From: Spironucleus salmonicida
Taxonomy: Eukaryota
Length of the DNA stretch: 64,000 nucleotides
NCBI RefSeq assembly: GCF_000497125.1
Contig: NC_090598.1
Span: forward strand, 620,001 to 684,000
Reading direction: 5' to 3'
This document shows positions 40,801 through 52,574 of this stretch, in pieces. Position numbers and translations under genes: made by a program. The notes below the pieces were generated by a model, which made no database searches, had not been told where the DNA came from, and worked only from the letters and a program-made list of their open reading frames with translations. Position 1 is the stretch's first letter; every line of letters begins with the position of its first letter.

Positions 40801-41931
40801 TCACTGTTGGCCCGCGACGACCGTTTCTGCGTCCGCCACCACCGCGGTGTGCTTCTTCTTCCTCATGCAGCAGCCGACTACGCCGCCTACTACACCTACT
40901 GCTACCAGAATCGCTATGACGATGCCGATTATCCCGCCGGTCGAAATTCTATTTGGCTTCACTGGGTCCACCTTGTCCGAGAAGCAGAACACCCCGACCT
41001 GGTAGAAATCGGCCGCGCACTTCAGACACGCTAACGCCTCGAGCTCGTACCCAGCCAGGCAGCTGCCGCACTTCGTTCCGTCCTCGCTGCACGATAGGCA
41101 GTTGACCGCGTTCTGGCACGCGCACTGGGTCATCTGCAGGCGTCCGCCGCATTCGACGACGGCGCTGTCCACGCACGCCGTGCCAGTGGTAATCCCGGCG
41201 CACTTCTCCACGCACTCATGCTTCGTCGTCATCTCGTGAGTGGCCTTGCACGCCGTGCAGTTGCTAGGTGCGCCAGCGCACTCACCGCACGCTTCGTCGC
41301 AGGAGACGCAGACCCAGTCCTGCAGAATCAGGCCCTTGCCGCAGGAAGTGCAGTGCTCCGAATCTGCACAGGTCAGGCAGCTGGCGTTGCACGGCTCGCA
41401 CTTCTTCCCGGCACCGCAGAAACTCCCAGCGGCGCAGTCCTCGTTTTGCTCGCACACGTTCTCTTCTACGCATTGGCCATCATCTGTGAGCTCGTAGCCA
41501 TTGCTGCATGTTTCGCACTTAGCCCCATCCTTGCAGCTGATGCAGTTCGCAAGGCAGGCTGGGCAGGCGTCCTTGTCCTTATAAAAGCCTGGTGCGCATT
41601 TAGAGCACGTTTGCATAAATATTTCAAATCCCACGATGCACGTTTAGCACCCGGTGAGGGCTGTTTTGCAGGTGGCGCAGTTTTTGAACGCTTTGCATGT
41701 ACAGGGAACGATGGACATGGCCTAACATGCCTCGCACTGGCCGGCCGCAGACAAGGCATAATTCTCTGCGCACTGGGTGCACGCAGTTGGGGCGGCGATC
41801 GTCCCAGTGCACACAATGCAGTTCGGGGAGCAATTTAGGCAGTCGGTTAGGTCGTCTCCCACGTCCTCTGGACAGTACGTGCTGGGGTCCGTGCATGTGG
41901 TGGGGTAGGCTTTAGAACACTGCTTCGTCAT
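40801..41931 (-). CDS. Second copy of the CRMP at 24177-25307
   Basis: Mirror copy; the one difference seen inside the CDS (GCA/GCC) is synonymous. Confidence 0.93.
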
Positions 41932-43151
41932 TTGTGGTGGAGTGGGAGTGGTAAAGCTCGGGATAATTGTAAAATTCTGTGGGTAGCTTATTTTTATTTT
42001 ACCAACGTGCCGATAAAGCATGCTGAGGATATAATAAACTTAACAAAAAAATTCCATCAATTAGTTATAGGAATTAATATGAATATAAGGAAAAATAAAC
42101 TTAAAACTATTTTAGCAAAAATGTTAAATTATTTAAAATAATATGTATTAATATCTAATTTTACGAAAATTAAAGTTGTGTTCTTACGGAAATAGAAATT
42201 AGTAACTCTACCAATAGGTGGTAAACAATGCCGGTGCTGTTAACCTTCGCTATCTGCAGTAAGCACCATGAGCAGCATAGTAAGGTGGTGTAGACAAAAA
42301 CAGGGATAGGCAGCAAATGCATAGCAATTCACAAGCATTGCTAAGTTTTAGTGCAAAACGGAAAACTCACACGCGACCTCCCGCATGCCAGATTTGGAAG
42401 CAGCTCGCCTGTGCGATATTTTACAGAAATATGTCATATGGCGGCGTAGTATTAATAGTAAAAGTATCCTAATATTACGAGAACACGCCTAGTTGATGGG
42501 TTTATTGTTAGAAATGTAAACGCTGTTTAGTTGAACAGAACCCCTATATCCGATAAACTTGCAATTCTGACCAGAGGCGGACGTTTTTGATACCAGCAGG
42601 ATTACTTGCTGCTAGTTATTAGTAATTCAGATATTGAACTAAAATATTTGGATAGCTAACTATCAAGTGCTTCTCCTCGCGACCAGAGTGGGCATAATTA
42701 AAACATTAACTACTGCGTTGAACTAGCTGGCTATAGCTAACACTATGCGTACAAACCAGCGTATTAGTTTTCATTATGTTTGGCCTTCGGTGGGAAGCCA
42801 TTTACAAATTTATATCCGTTTGTAGTATAACATAGCAATGAATACGTTTCTGACACATATTATTGACGTAGCACAATACCTAGTAACGCCTGCTATAGCT
42901 CTAATGCGCTAAACCAACCTCAGCAAGAGCTAGTTCATCCATGGGCCTACGCATATAAATCTAAGCACGCTTGGGCGGCCATCTCAATTGCTCGTCGATA
43001 TGAAATATTTATCTATTCCATAATATGATAACTCCCGACTGCTAAATATAAGTGTACGCAATCATATCCCGTCCGTATGCGATTTCTTATACTTTATCGT
43101 CCTGACATGCCGCTATAGAATTTATACCCAAAAGCTTCCCTGGAAAATATC

Positions 43152-44289
43152 TCACTATAGTACCTCACCCGACTAGCTCTGTTAGATTTTCGCCACTCTC
43201 TTTTTCATCACGCAGCAGCATGTGGCTAAGCCGCACAGGCATATCATGGCAAGTACTCCGGTAACGACTCCTGCTATTGCCGCTCCAGAAAGGCTACTCT
43301 CGTCCTAGCCGGGGTCCTGCTTATCCGGAAAGTAGTAACCATAAACTTGGTGGTCCCAATCACTCATGTGGAGCACGCCCCACTCGCTAGACTATACCCA
43401 AGCTGCCATGAACCGCATGCCGAGCGATCCTAACTGCAATTTAAGCAGTGCAGTCTCGTCCCACAACAGCATTACGCGAGCTAGCGGTACGCGTCGCATT
43501 CCTTTAGCTTCCCGTCCTGACACGTCATGCCGTACTACTTATCCTTGCATCTCTGCACGCACGTTTGCTCTGTCGTTATTTCATAGGAGAAGTGGCAAGC
43601 TGTGCAGCGTCTTGGAGTTACTTCGCACATTGCGCAGTTGGCGTGGCACTGGTGGTATTTTCCACTATTGTTAACCCACCCGGCCTGCGCTCCTGGCAAT
43701 CCTTGGTCTCGTCCAGTCCCGAATCGCATACGTCGCACGAATCGTCGTTCTGGCACTCCTTGCCGCTGCCCATGCACTTTGCACAAGTTTTCGTCTGACC
43801 GCAAAAGTGCCCAGGGCCGCAGTCTTTGGCTACCTAGCAGCCCGTTCCAGGCATACAGATTCCGTCGTCGTTCCGCGCGTAGAAGTCCGTGCAGACGTCA
43901 CAATCCAGCCCGCTTCTGCACGACTTGCAGGTTAGGCCGCAGGGATAGCATGCGTCGCCGCTTTTGTAGAAGCCCTGGGCGCAGGCTTAACACGCCCGCC
44001 CTTCAACTCGAACCCTGCTACGCACTCCTGGCACGCTGCAGCATCGTCTGCGCAGGTGGCGCCGTTGCATTAACACTGGGTGCGATACGGTGATGTGCAG
44101 GGTTTGCAGGTGACTTCTGCATCATGAACGTAGTTGGCCGCACCATTTAGGCAGGTGAGGTGTCTGGAGTGATACCAGTGCAGACTTCATAGTTTTATAT
44201 TCGGGTGGTTCAACTCCGATATCGTACGGGCAGTAAGTGCCGGGATCCGTGCACGTTTCGGTGTCATCTTTGGTGCACTGCTTGGTCAT
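43152..44289 (-). pseudogene. Second copy of the CRMP pseudogene at 21819-22956
   Basis: Mirror copy carrying the same disruptions. Confidence 0.82.
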
Positions 44290-44738
44290 TTTGCATATGA
44301 TATGCAAAAATAGCTAATCTACCACTTAGGGGGTTGTTTTTATTTTTGTAAGATCTGCTAGTTATTGCTAATAAAGAATTTAAAGGTCTTTTGCATTTAC
44401 TTCCTTAGGCTAATGTTATCACAAATATAATATAATTATAAATTTGGAGTGTAGTAAATAGAAACATAGTATATATTAGGTTTGTGTTCAAAAAATTTCA
44501 ATAAAATAGACTCCATCTAATTTCCACTTTGCTTAAATTTGAGTTAAAGCAGCTAGTGTTCACTCTAATATTTTCCAGTCAAGAGCTCATTTTTACCTGA
44601 ACTCGACCCTTGGCCATCCCGTTTTCACCCCTTATTATAAATATCTAAAAGTTCAAGTAATGGTGACGCTACAGTTAAATTTAGGCAAGCACCACTTCTG
44701 AAGGAAAGCGCACTAATTTACCGCTGTAAAATAAATCG

Positions 44739-46090
44739 TCAGTCTGCGGTTATAACAATTTCCGGCGCGATCGGAGCTGGCTCGCGCCTCTTTGCAACAG
44801 CGCAAACACCGATAACGACTCCAACAACCAGACCTATAAATACCACTACCGCAACAGCGATGCCTACGATGACCCCAGCAGACAGCCCTGGCTTCACTTC
44901 TTCTGGTATAATTACCTTCACGCAGATCCCATTTGACTCTTGCTTAGCAAAGCCTGCGGCGCACTCCACACACCTCCCCATCTTCTCTTGGTATCCGTTA
45001 AGGCACTTCCCGCACCTATTCTAAAACATGAAGTCGCAGTTCGCACAGTTATTTTCCTCCCCGCAGACACAAGGCATGAGCATCTGCGATATCTCCTCAG
45101 GCTTGAACGGGCAGTTCGCCCACTCATAAGTTCTGCTCGCTGTCTCTTGCAGAAGCTCCCCTGCTACGGCTGCCCGCTGCATCTGTGCTGACAGGTGTCC
45201 CTGTTAGTAAGCTCATAGTCGCTGTCGCACACCATGCAGGAATCAGGTCTGTCGCTGCACGTGAAGCAGTTCTCAACCTAGCATTTAGCCTTGACGCACA
45301 CTCCTCCAATCTTCTGGTAACCGCGGAAGCACTCCTAGCAGGCCGTACCGCTCGCATCACAGTTGCCGCAGTTCTCAGCAGCCCCGCAGACGCACTGTGG
45401 GCTGTCGAACCTCAGCACGGCATCGCACTTTTCACACTATCGATCACGCGTCAGCCCTAGCTGATTCTCGCATCGGTAGCAGCTCACCACGCCTCTCCGC
45501 ATGATGCACTTCTCGCAGTGCGCCACCGCCTAGCAGGATGTACACGTATTCTAGGCCGTGAGCGCAAACCCGTCCTCGCACCTGGCGCACACCACCTCGT
45601 CAGCCGGCTGGGCGCAGTTGGGCGGGACGGCCGTGCATTCATTATTCGCCATCACAAAGCCGCTAATGCACTTGCGACACACTATCCCTCCAGCAAACAA
45701 GCACTCACTGCAGAGCGGCATTATCGAGCACGGAACGCACGTTTTGTTGCCGTTGAGGAAGTGCGTGGGCAGGCAGCTTCGGCACTGACCCGCAACCTCC
45801 GGTTCGCACTCCACGCAGTTACGTGATGCACATGTGCACACACCAGCCGCAAGCGTGAAGTTAGCAAAACAGCTCTAACACTCCACTGTCGGTGTAGCTA
45901 TATCTGGCTGTTTGCACGTTACGCACCCAGGGGACGCGCTGGCGCAGATTTAGCACCCACTCCTGACAGCTAAATGCGTATTCGGACAACTGCATACGTT
46001 GCCACTGAGCACGAAAGGTGAGGTACAGGTATCGCAGACAGCATCGGATGTCATGCAGATAGTGCAATTTTCGACTTTGCAAGCCGACAT
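44739..46090 (-). pseudogene. CRMP with intact canonical N-terminus but a 1-nt deletion
   Basis: MSACKVENCTICMTSDAVCDTC... Length 1352 nt is not a multiple of 3. Reads TGC AA GAG at 45147-45148 where the left-arm copy has TGC AAA GAG (20959-20961). Confidence 0.82.
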
Positions 46091-46559
46091 TTTAACAGAA
46101 ATTCTACTGGGGAAAGGACGAGTTGGGATGGAACCTAAAGATGTTTACTCGGGTTGTATAGTTATTAGCAGAGTGATATTTCTTGTAAAATAGTGATTAT
46201 ATCCCCAAAATATATTGCGCAAAACTGTAAAATTGGAGCAGAAACTTAGTGCGAACAAGCCAAAAATATATTTCGAAGCATCTTAAATAACATGATACTC
46301 CTCAGTTTGCGCAGGTCGGTTTTCTGGATTTGGGTCAAATGTGGAAAAAGAGGCTGATAGATTAAGGAATAGACCCAATTTGCGAATTAACATTTGAATC
46401 TAGCAAATTAGCTTGGACTCATATAACATTATCTAGATATACTGATTTTTGCTTAAACTTAGTGTCTACATTCAACAATCTTTAAAAAAATTTATTCGGA
46501 GAACTAAATATATATTATTTTTCAAGGGTTCTATATTTAAAACTAAAGATAAATAAGTA

Positions 46560-47110
46560 ATGCAATATAAATATCTAGATTTGTGAATACTGTACCTTAA
46601 GTTTCTTGCTTTGTTCAGCATCCGACTTTTGTATTGCAATCAGTTGCGAGGAATATATGTTAGCGATTTAAGGTAACTGAACGAATAACTGTTATAGTTC
46701 ATATGAATGTTGATAAAATTATAATCGAATAGCTGGCGCGTGTGATAAAAACAGCACTTCAGACTACAAATGTTATAATGCATAAATTTTTGTTACATAT
46801 TCTGAAGATATTAGTATCTGTGTAGTTTGTTTGAATGGATTAGATAAAAATAGTACCGGTTAAATATAATAAATTTAATGGAGGATAAGTGATGATCAAT
46901 AGAAAATCTTGTGTTAATATTGAAACCCCTATTAAGCCATTGAAAAAATATAAACCTGTTTTAAATGAATATAATCTCACTGTTGGTGTGATTACTGGTA
47001 TTATCATGTGAACATTGGTAGTTATAGGTTTCATTAGTGTTATGGTGATGGTAGTAATGAGGAAAAGTAGGAAGAACTAAATTAAAAAGTATATTGGAGC
47101 TATTAATCTT
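46560..47110 (+). pseudogene. Highly decayed CRMP remnant
   Basis: Fragments ICEYCTLSFLLCSASDFC, ICVVCLNG and a TM/tail remnant LTVGVITGIIM-stop-TLVVIGFISVMVMVVMRKSRK, interrupted by TGAs and frameshifts. Boundaries approximate. Confidence 0.5.
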
Positions 47111-47699
47111 GCTCAATTCATGATTGATAACTAATATATAATGGTATCTGATGATTTTTTTTCATTATTTTTATCATTGATAAAAAGAAATTGTCATAAT
47201 TAATTAATATATAATATCAGTCTAAAATATTAAGGACTTGAATAATAGATAGAGTGTTGCATAACGTTTTTATACTTATCTACTGATAATATTATAAACT
47301 AACTTACACATCATATATACATATGTTTATATTTATATCTCTTAATATATTTTTATATTAAAATTACACTTTAAAATTTCTATCAACATAGAATCGAATA
47401 TTTATCTATTATAAAGACCACACCATATGATTTACTATTTATTTAAATAAACATTGATAGGTAATGTACTCTAGAATCTTAACTACTCCCATTTATTTTT
47501 AAAACATTAATTTCATAATATAATATAAACTTAGAAATTTTATTTGCTCTGTATCGTATTTAAAAACTAATTATTATACATTAATTGTCTTATTATAATT
47601 CTTAAAATGGTTTCAACAAATATGACTATTATTCACTTACTACATATATTGTTATTTAAAACCTCAATTTTCTATCACCTCTCAAACACCATTCCCATA

Positions 47700-48300
47700 A
47701 GTATACCTTATTTTTAAAATCCCTAAATTTCACCCATTCACCAAATGTGAAAATCACTACATAACGCCACTTGCGCAGCATAATACCTTCATTATAAACT
47801 AACCAGAAAATTACAAACCCTACAATCTGCACAAAACCTGCTCATCCAATTCTTCACGCGCCAAACACTTTTAATGCATCATTGACGCATGCGGCAAGTG
47901 CAAAAAAAACGAATTTTTCCAGCTGAAACTCGTCAGAAACCGCTATACTTCTGAAATAGAGAAACTACATTCACGCCTACAAGATCAGCTTCGAAATGAG
48001 CTCTGCGCGAAGCTGTACGGCGAATCGCGTTTGCGGTAAAAGATGGTTACAGAATGCTATCGAAACCAGCCTGCAATTGCGATACGCAGCTTGAAGCTTC
48101 TCAGAATCTGAAGAATTGCTAGTAAAGTATCTTCAGGTGGACGCTCAAATGTAAAAGTGGAGAAATCGTGTAGAAGAATTTAGAAAAGCACGCGCTAAAG
48201 GTTAGGAGGCGATATGGCTGCGTTTTAGGGTCATGTGAATAATCTTGATTTTAGCGCGTTTGTAAAGAGTCTAGAAGCAAAAGCAGTGTAATGAGAGTTT
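47700..48300 (+). pseudogene. Possible disrupted hypothetical gene (helical/charged)
   Basis: Raised GC and long TGA-free stretches (NEFFQLKLVRNRYTSEIEKLHSRLQDQLRNELC; EELLVKYLQVDAQMQKWRNRVEEF) in different frames, with no in-frame start. Boundaries approximate. Confidence 0.3.
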
Positions 48301-48985
48301 TTTGGTGATAATATGATTGTTTATAGCGAGAGAGAGGAAATTATGGAAGGTTTGGGTTTAAAAAAATTATTTTGATACTAGTTTAAGATGTAGAAATTAG
48401 AAATATGGATGGAATAAATACGGTAGGAGATAGGTGAAAGAGAAGGGTATAATTATTAATTTGCTAATTTTATGATTATACTAATATCTAAATGCAAAAT
48501 AAAATATAAAGGATCCTGGCATATAATTATCTGTAAAAATTCAAGTTGCAAACTGTGTTAAAATACTCTAGATAAAAATTAGTAAATTGTTTGCTATTAT
48601 TTTATCTGAGAAATTTTGATTAAATCGCTGTAATTGTAGTTATTAGAAGAAAACTTTATTCTTCGTAAAATTGTCCAATAACAGGCACATATAATAAAAT
48701 ATACACTTTTGTAACCACTATCGAATGTTCTAATTAGTAATATAAAATAATATACGTGCTATCTTGGTTTTAATGTCACATAAAATGAGTTTATTAGGCG
48801 ATTTTCACTTAAGCACCAAGTTGGTTACAAAGTATATATATGATAACTAGTAATAAATGGCACAAGATAGAAGTAAAAAGAACGTGTATTGTTTTTATTT
48901 TTATTAAAATCAATCATCTACAATTGGTTTTAAAATATTAAAGCAGTAATCGAACTTTATGTATCTATAGTGGGATCCTTACTAC

Positions 48986-50554
48986 TATTTTATAGTTAGC
49001 TATAGGAATAAAAAATTATCAATAAATTGACTCATTTTGTGTGATTTATAATGGCAAAGCTATAATAAAAATACTGCACAATTAATTACAAAATAGCTAG
49101 GGTTAGGAGGTAATTTTTAGATGCGCTTTACATTTAGTTTTCTCTTCTTACAATATACACTTTTATCGTATAATAAATTTATAAACTTTAATTGTTTAGA
49201 TTCGGGAAACTAAGAAAATTTCATTCTCTAATGTTTTGAAGACATATAAATTAAGTTACTTTATAATATATTTATAGATATGTAAAACGAAGCATATCAT
49301 CACGGTAAAGGAAGATCACTTATAAAATACTAAAGTAACTAATGAGTTTTTATTGTAAATAAAAGCAATATTATTTAAATACAATTGATTTTAAGTATTT
49401 AGGGCATTATAGTTGCTTGAAATTATTACTGTTTTTTGAGTATTAATTTAGTATAATAGTTAACGCCTCTAAATATGTTATATTTAAGTATAAAATAATA
49501 TAAATATCCCGAGTAGTGTATTTTTTTTCGGTAGAAAATTGAAAAACTATCTAATAATAAAGCAAATATAAACTGTAATATAAGAATTGAATCATGGTAT
49601 ATAAAGAATTGATACTAATACTTATGAAAATAATAATATTCTATAATGAATTGTATTATAATTAAATTAAAAATAATAGTGTTATAAATATTAAATTAGA
49701 TATTAATACCTACTATTATTTATTAGTGTATAATTAATTATATCCAATTTTATGGTAACAGAGATTTGCTAATTTTTCTCTAAATAACTATATAATTGTG
49801 TATTAATGCCTGTGTATATCAAACACATTTTACATATATGTGTATAGTATTAATAGATTATTAGTTCAGTAAAATGTTATATATTTTTTCACAATACACC
49901 TAACTTACTAAATGCTATACAGATGTAACTGATTTAGAGGTATCTTAAGTAGAAAATCTTCTTATTTTCCATATTCATCCTACAGGGGATACAGATTGTA
50001 ATCAGCTACCAAGTGCTATTATCGTCAAAATATTCTTTCAAAATAAAGATCTGGATGTTTAATTGGTCGATATTAATTTTAATTATAGCAGTACATCATA
50101 GTTTGCTATTTCAGTGCCGGATATTTCTCTGTATTTCAATATTAAAGCTTCACATATGAAAATAAAAAGTTACAATCAAATATTCGAATAATAAATTTAA
50201 GAAATAACATTGACTCGCAACAAAGATGCTAGTATTTTTCATAATTTGTCTGTAACTTATGATTAGATAATATTTACAGCTACAGTTTATTTTCCTATGA
50301 CGTTTTCAACAATAATAATAACAAATGCATCTCTAGCAATCACAAATAGCTTTACTACATATAGGGTCATCTTTGATGGAAATCCACTATTGGATACTGC
50401 TATATAATAGTTAACTATTTCATTTAAAAATTCAGGATTATCTACAATACTTTATGATACAGGAATTCTTAATATTCGCCTCGAATGTGAATATGGAACT
50501 TTAGGTGTCAATTCCATGGGTTTTGCCGATACTTAATTTTTAATATATAAAGAT
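48986..50554. repeat. Right copy of ~1.57 kb inverted duplication (partner 7989-9557)
   Basis: Direct reverse-complement match, including non-coding DNA. Confidence 0.93.
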
Positions 50555-51406
50555 CAGCCATCTTCTGGCGATATTCTTACATTTACACCTTATAGTGAAA
50601 GTATATATATTAAGATAAAAGAATCATCTTTCTTTAGATAGGAACTAGCAAAAGCATCTTAAGTTAAAATAGTTGTAACTATAAATTAAGAAGTTTGCTA
50701 ACTTGTAGGGAAACTTCCTGCTGCAGCCTTATTATAGAGTATATAAGTAAATAATAAGCTTTAAGCAAATTTTGATCATAAAATATTTCAAAATTTAGCA
50801 CCTCCAGCTTTATCTTTTTAGGAGTGTATGCTAATATTATTAAAAGATGGATAATACGCTGATATGAGTTTCGTATTTTATGATTCAAGTGGTGTTCCTA
50901 TAGATAGACTAAGTATGGTAACAACATCCATACATTAGTCTTGTTTTGATAATATTTAAATGATTTTGCAAGATAATAATATATAATTAACTGCTAAATG
51001 GATTTGTCCTCCAAAACCTAAATAAAAAGTTAAAATGATGTTAAGATTATATAGTTCTCAGCACACCTACTTTTTAGAATAATCAGAAGATGTGATGAGT
51101 GTTGAATTTTATCTTGATGGAAATATTGAAGTTTACTTTAGATAAATTACTAAGGATATGATTTAACGAATAAAAAGTGCTTATAGTTTTAGATTACTAA
51201 TACTAACAACAGAAAAAGGTTTTGTTGATACTCTGTAACCATATTTTATTACTACTACATTTTAAGTTATAATTACATCTAATATTATTATTCTTAGTAG
51301 TAGTGTGTCATTAATATGTGCTCTTGGAGGAATAAATATATTTTATAAAAAAAAGGCCAAATTATCAAAGTAAATAAAATAGACTATGGAAATGGATGAT
51401 ATATGA
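49874..51406 (+). CDS. Uncharacterised single-pass membrane protein, 510 aa (intact member of a local three-member family)
   Basis: Code-6 ORF MLYIFSQYTQLTKCY... with C-terminal TM IIILSSSVSLICALGGINIFY and KKKAK tail. Confidence 0.87.
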
Positions 51407-52574
51407 ATTTTTTGTTATACTATTTATTAATACTTCTTATTTTAGTCTAGCTAATATTTGTCTTATAAAATTTAGTTTATAATTGATAAACTTTACTTGG
51501 TAGAATTAAAATATTCCACATGTCAAGATTATAGTATAAAGTAAATATAATTCAGTAAATTTTAAAAAATTAGATTTAATTGATGTCTAATATTTTATAA
51601 CTAACTAAATGTGATGATAAATGGAATTTTATCTTATTATGAATATATTTGAGCTAATTGTTATTTGTTAATTTTAATTATAAATTTAGATTTTATAAAG
51701 TAATCAGCAACCGTAACTTATTTTGCCAATTACTAGTTTAAGTATAATTTATTGATTAAGTTTAGTTGTTAACGATAATGAATTAGATACTAACACTAGT
51801 AGATCGTGATTTAGTTAATATAAATACGGTATTATATTCAGTTGATCTTTACAGTTGCATACTAGTAACTATCTATAAATTTTAACAAAATACTAATAAT
51901 ATATTATTTAAAATTTTTTAGAAACATATAATGTTATTCAAAATTTACCTAACAATTACAATAAAATAAATTTAAATTGAGAAATATCATAGATTAGATG
52001 GTTATAGTTAAAGTATTTGATTCACATTTTTTAAATTATCATCATTATTACAAATTTACTATAAACGCAAGATTAATTTTAATCTATCTGTTATTAAATA
52101 TAGAAATTCTTCAAACTGGAGCTTATTATAATTAAAATAGTTAGAAATTTTTAATATTTTTTAAAGTGCTTCCAAATACAAACTAGGTCATAATGTATTA
52201 ATATATTGCTAATATTATTATTAGTTAACATATTCATAGATATTTTAATTTAAAATGTAGTATACTTAATGTCATTTATAATTTGTTAAATCATAGTAAA
52301 GTCCCATATATAATCAATATCTTGCATTTATTTTTGATTTAAAAATAACAACAAATTAGATAGTTATTTGCTATTATACTATTTAAATGCGAATCGTGTT
52401 AATATTTAAAAATTAAAGATATAGTCTTGAATTGAATAAATATCATGGTTTGGTTAGAAAATAAAAATATGTATTATATAACTTAATATTAATTGATAGA
52501 AATAGAATTAAACAATATTTATAGTAATTAAGCAATTTGAAACGTATAATCTATGTTATAATTGAAAGTTTAAA

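Larger units (their letters stand above)
40126..45777. repeat. Right arm of 5.65 kb inverted repeat (partner 20330-25982)
   Basis: Reverse complement of the left arm with a few SNPs and one base missing at 45147-45148. Confidence 0.97.

Noticed and set aside
20330-45777. Large inverted repeats as terminal repeats of a transposon (Polinton/Mutator-like)
   Set aside because: No transposase, integrase or polymerase in the interior, no target-site duplication seen, and the arms consist of host genes and end inside a gene.
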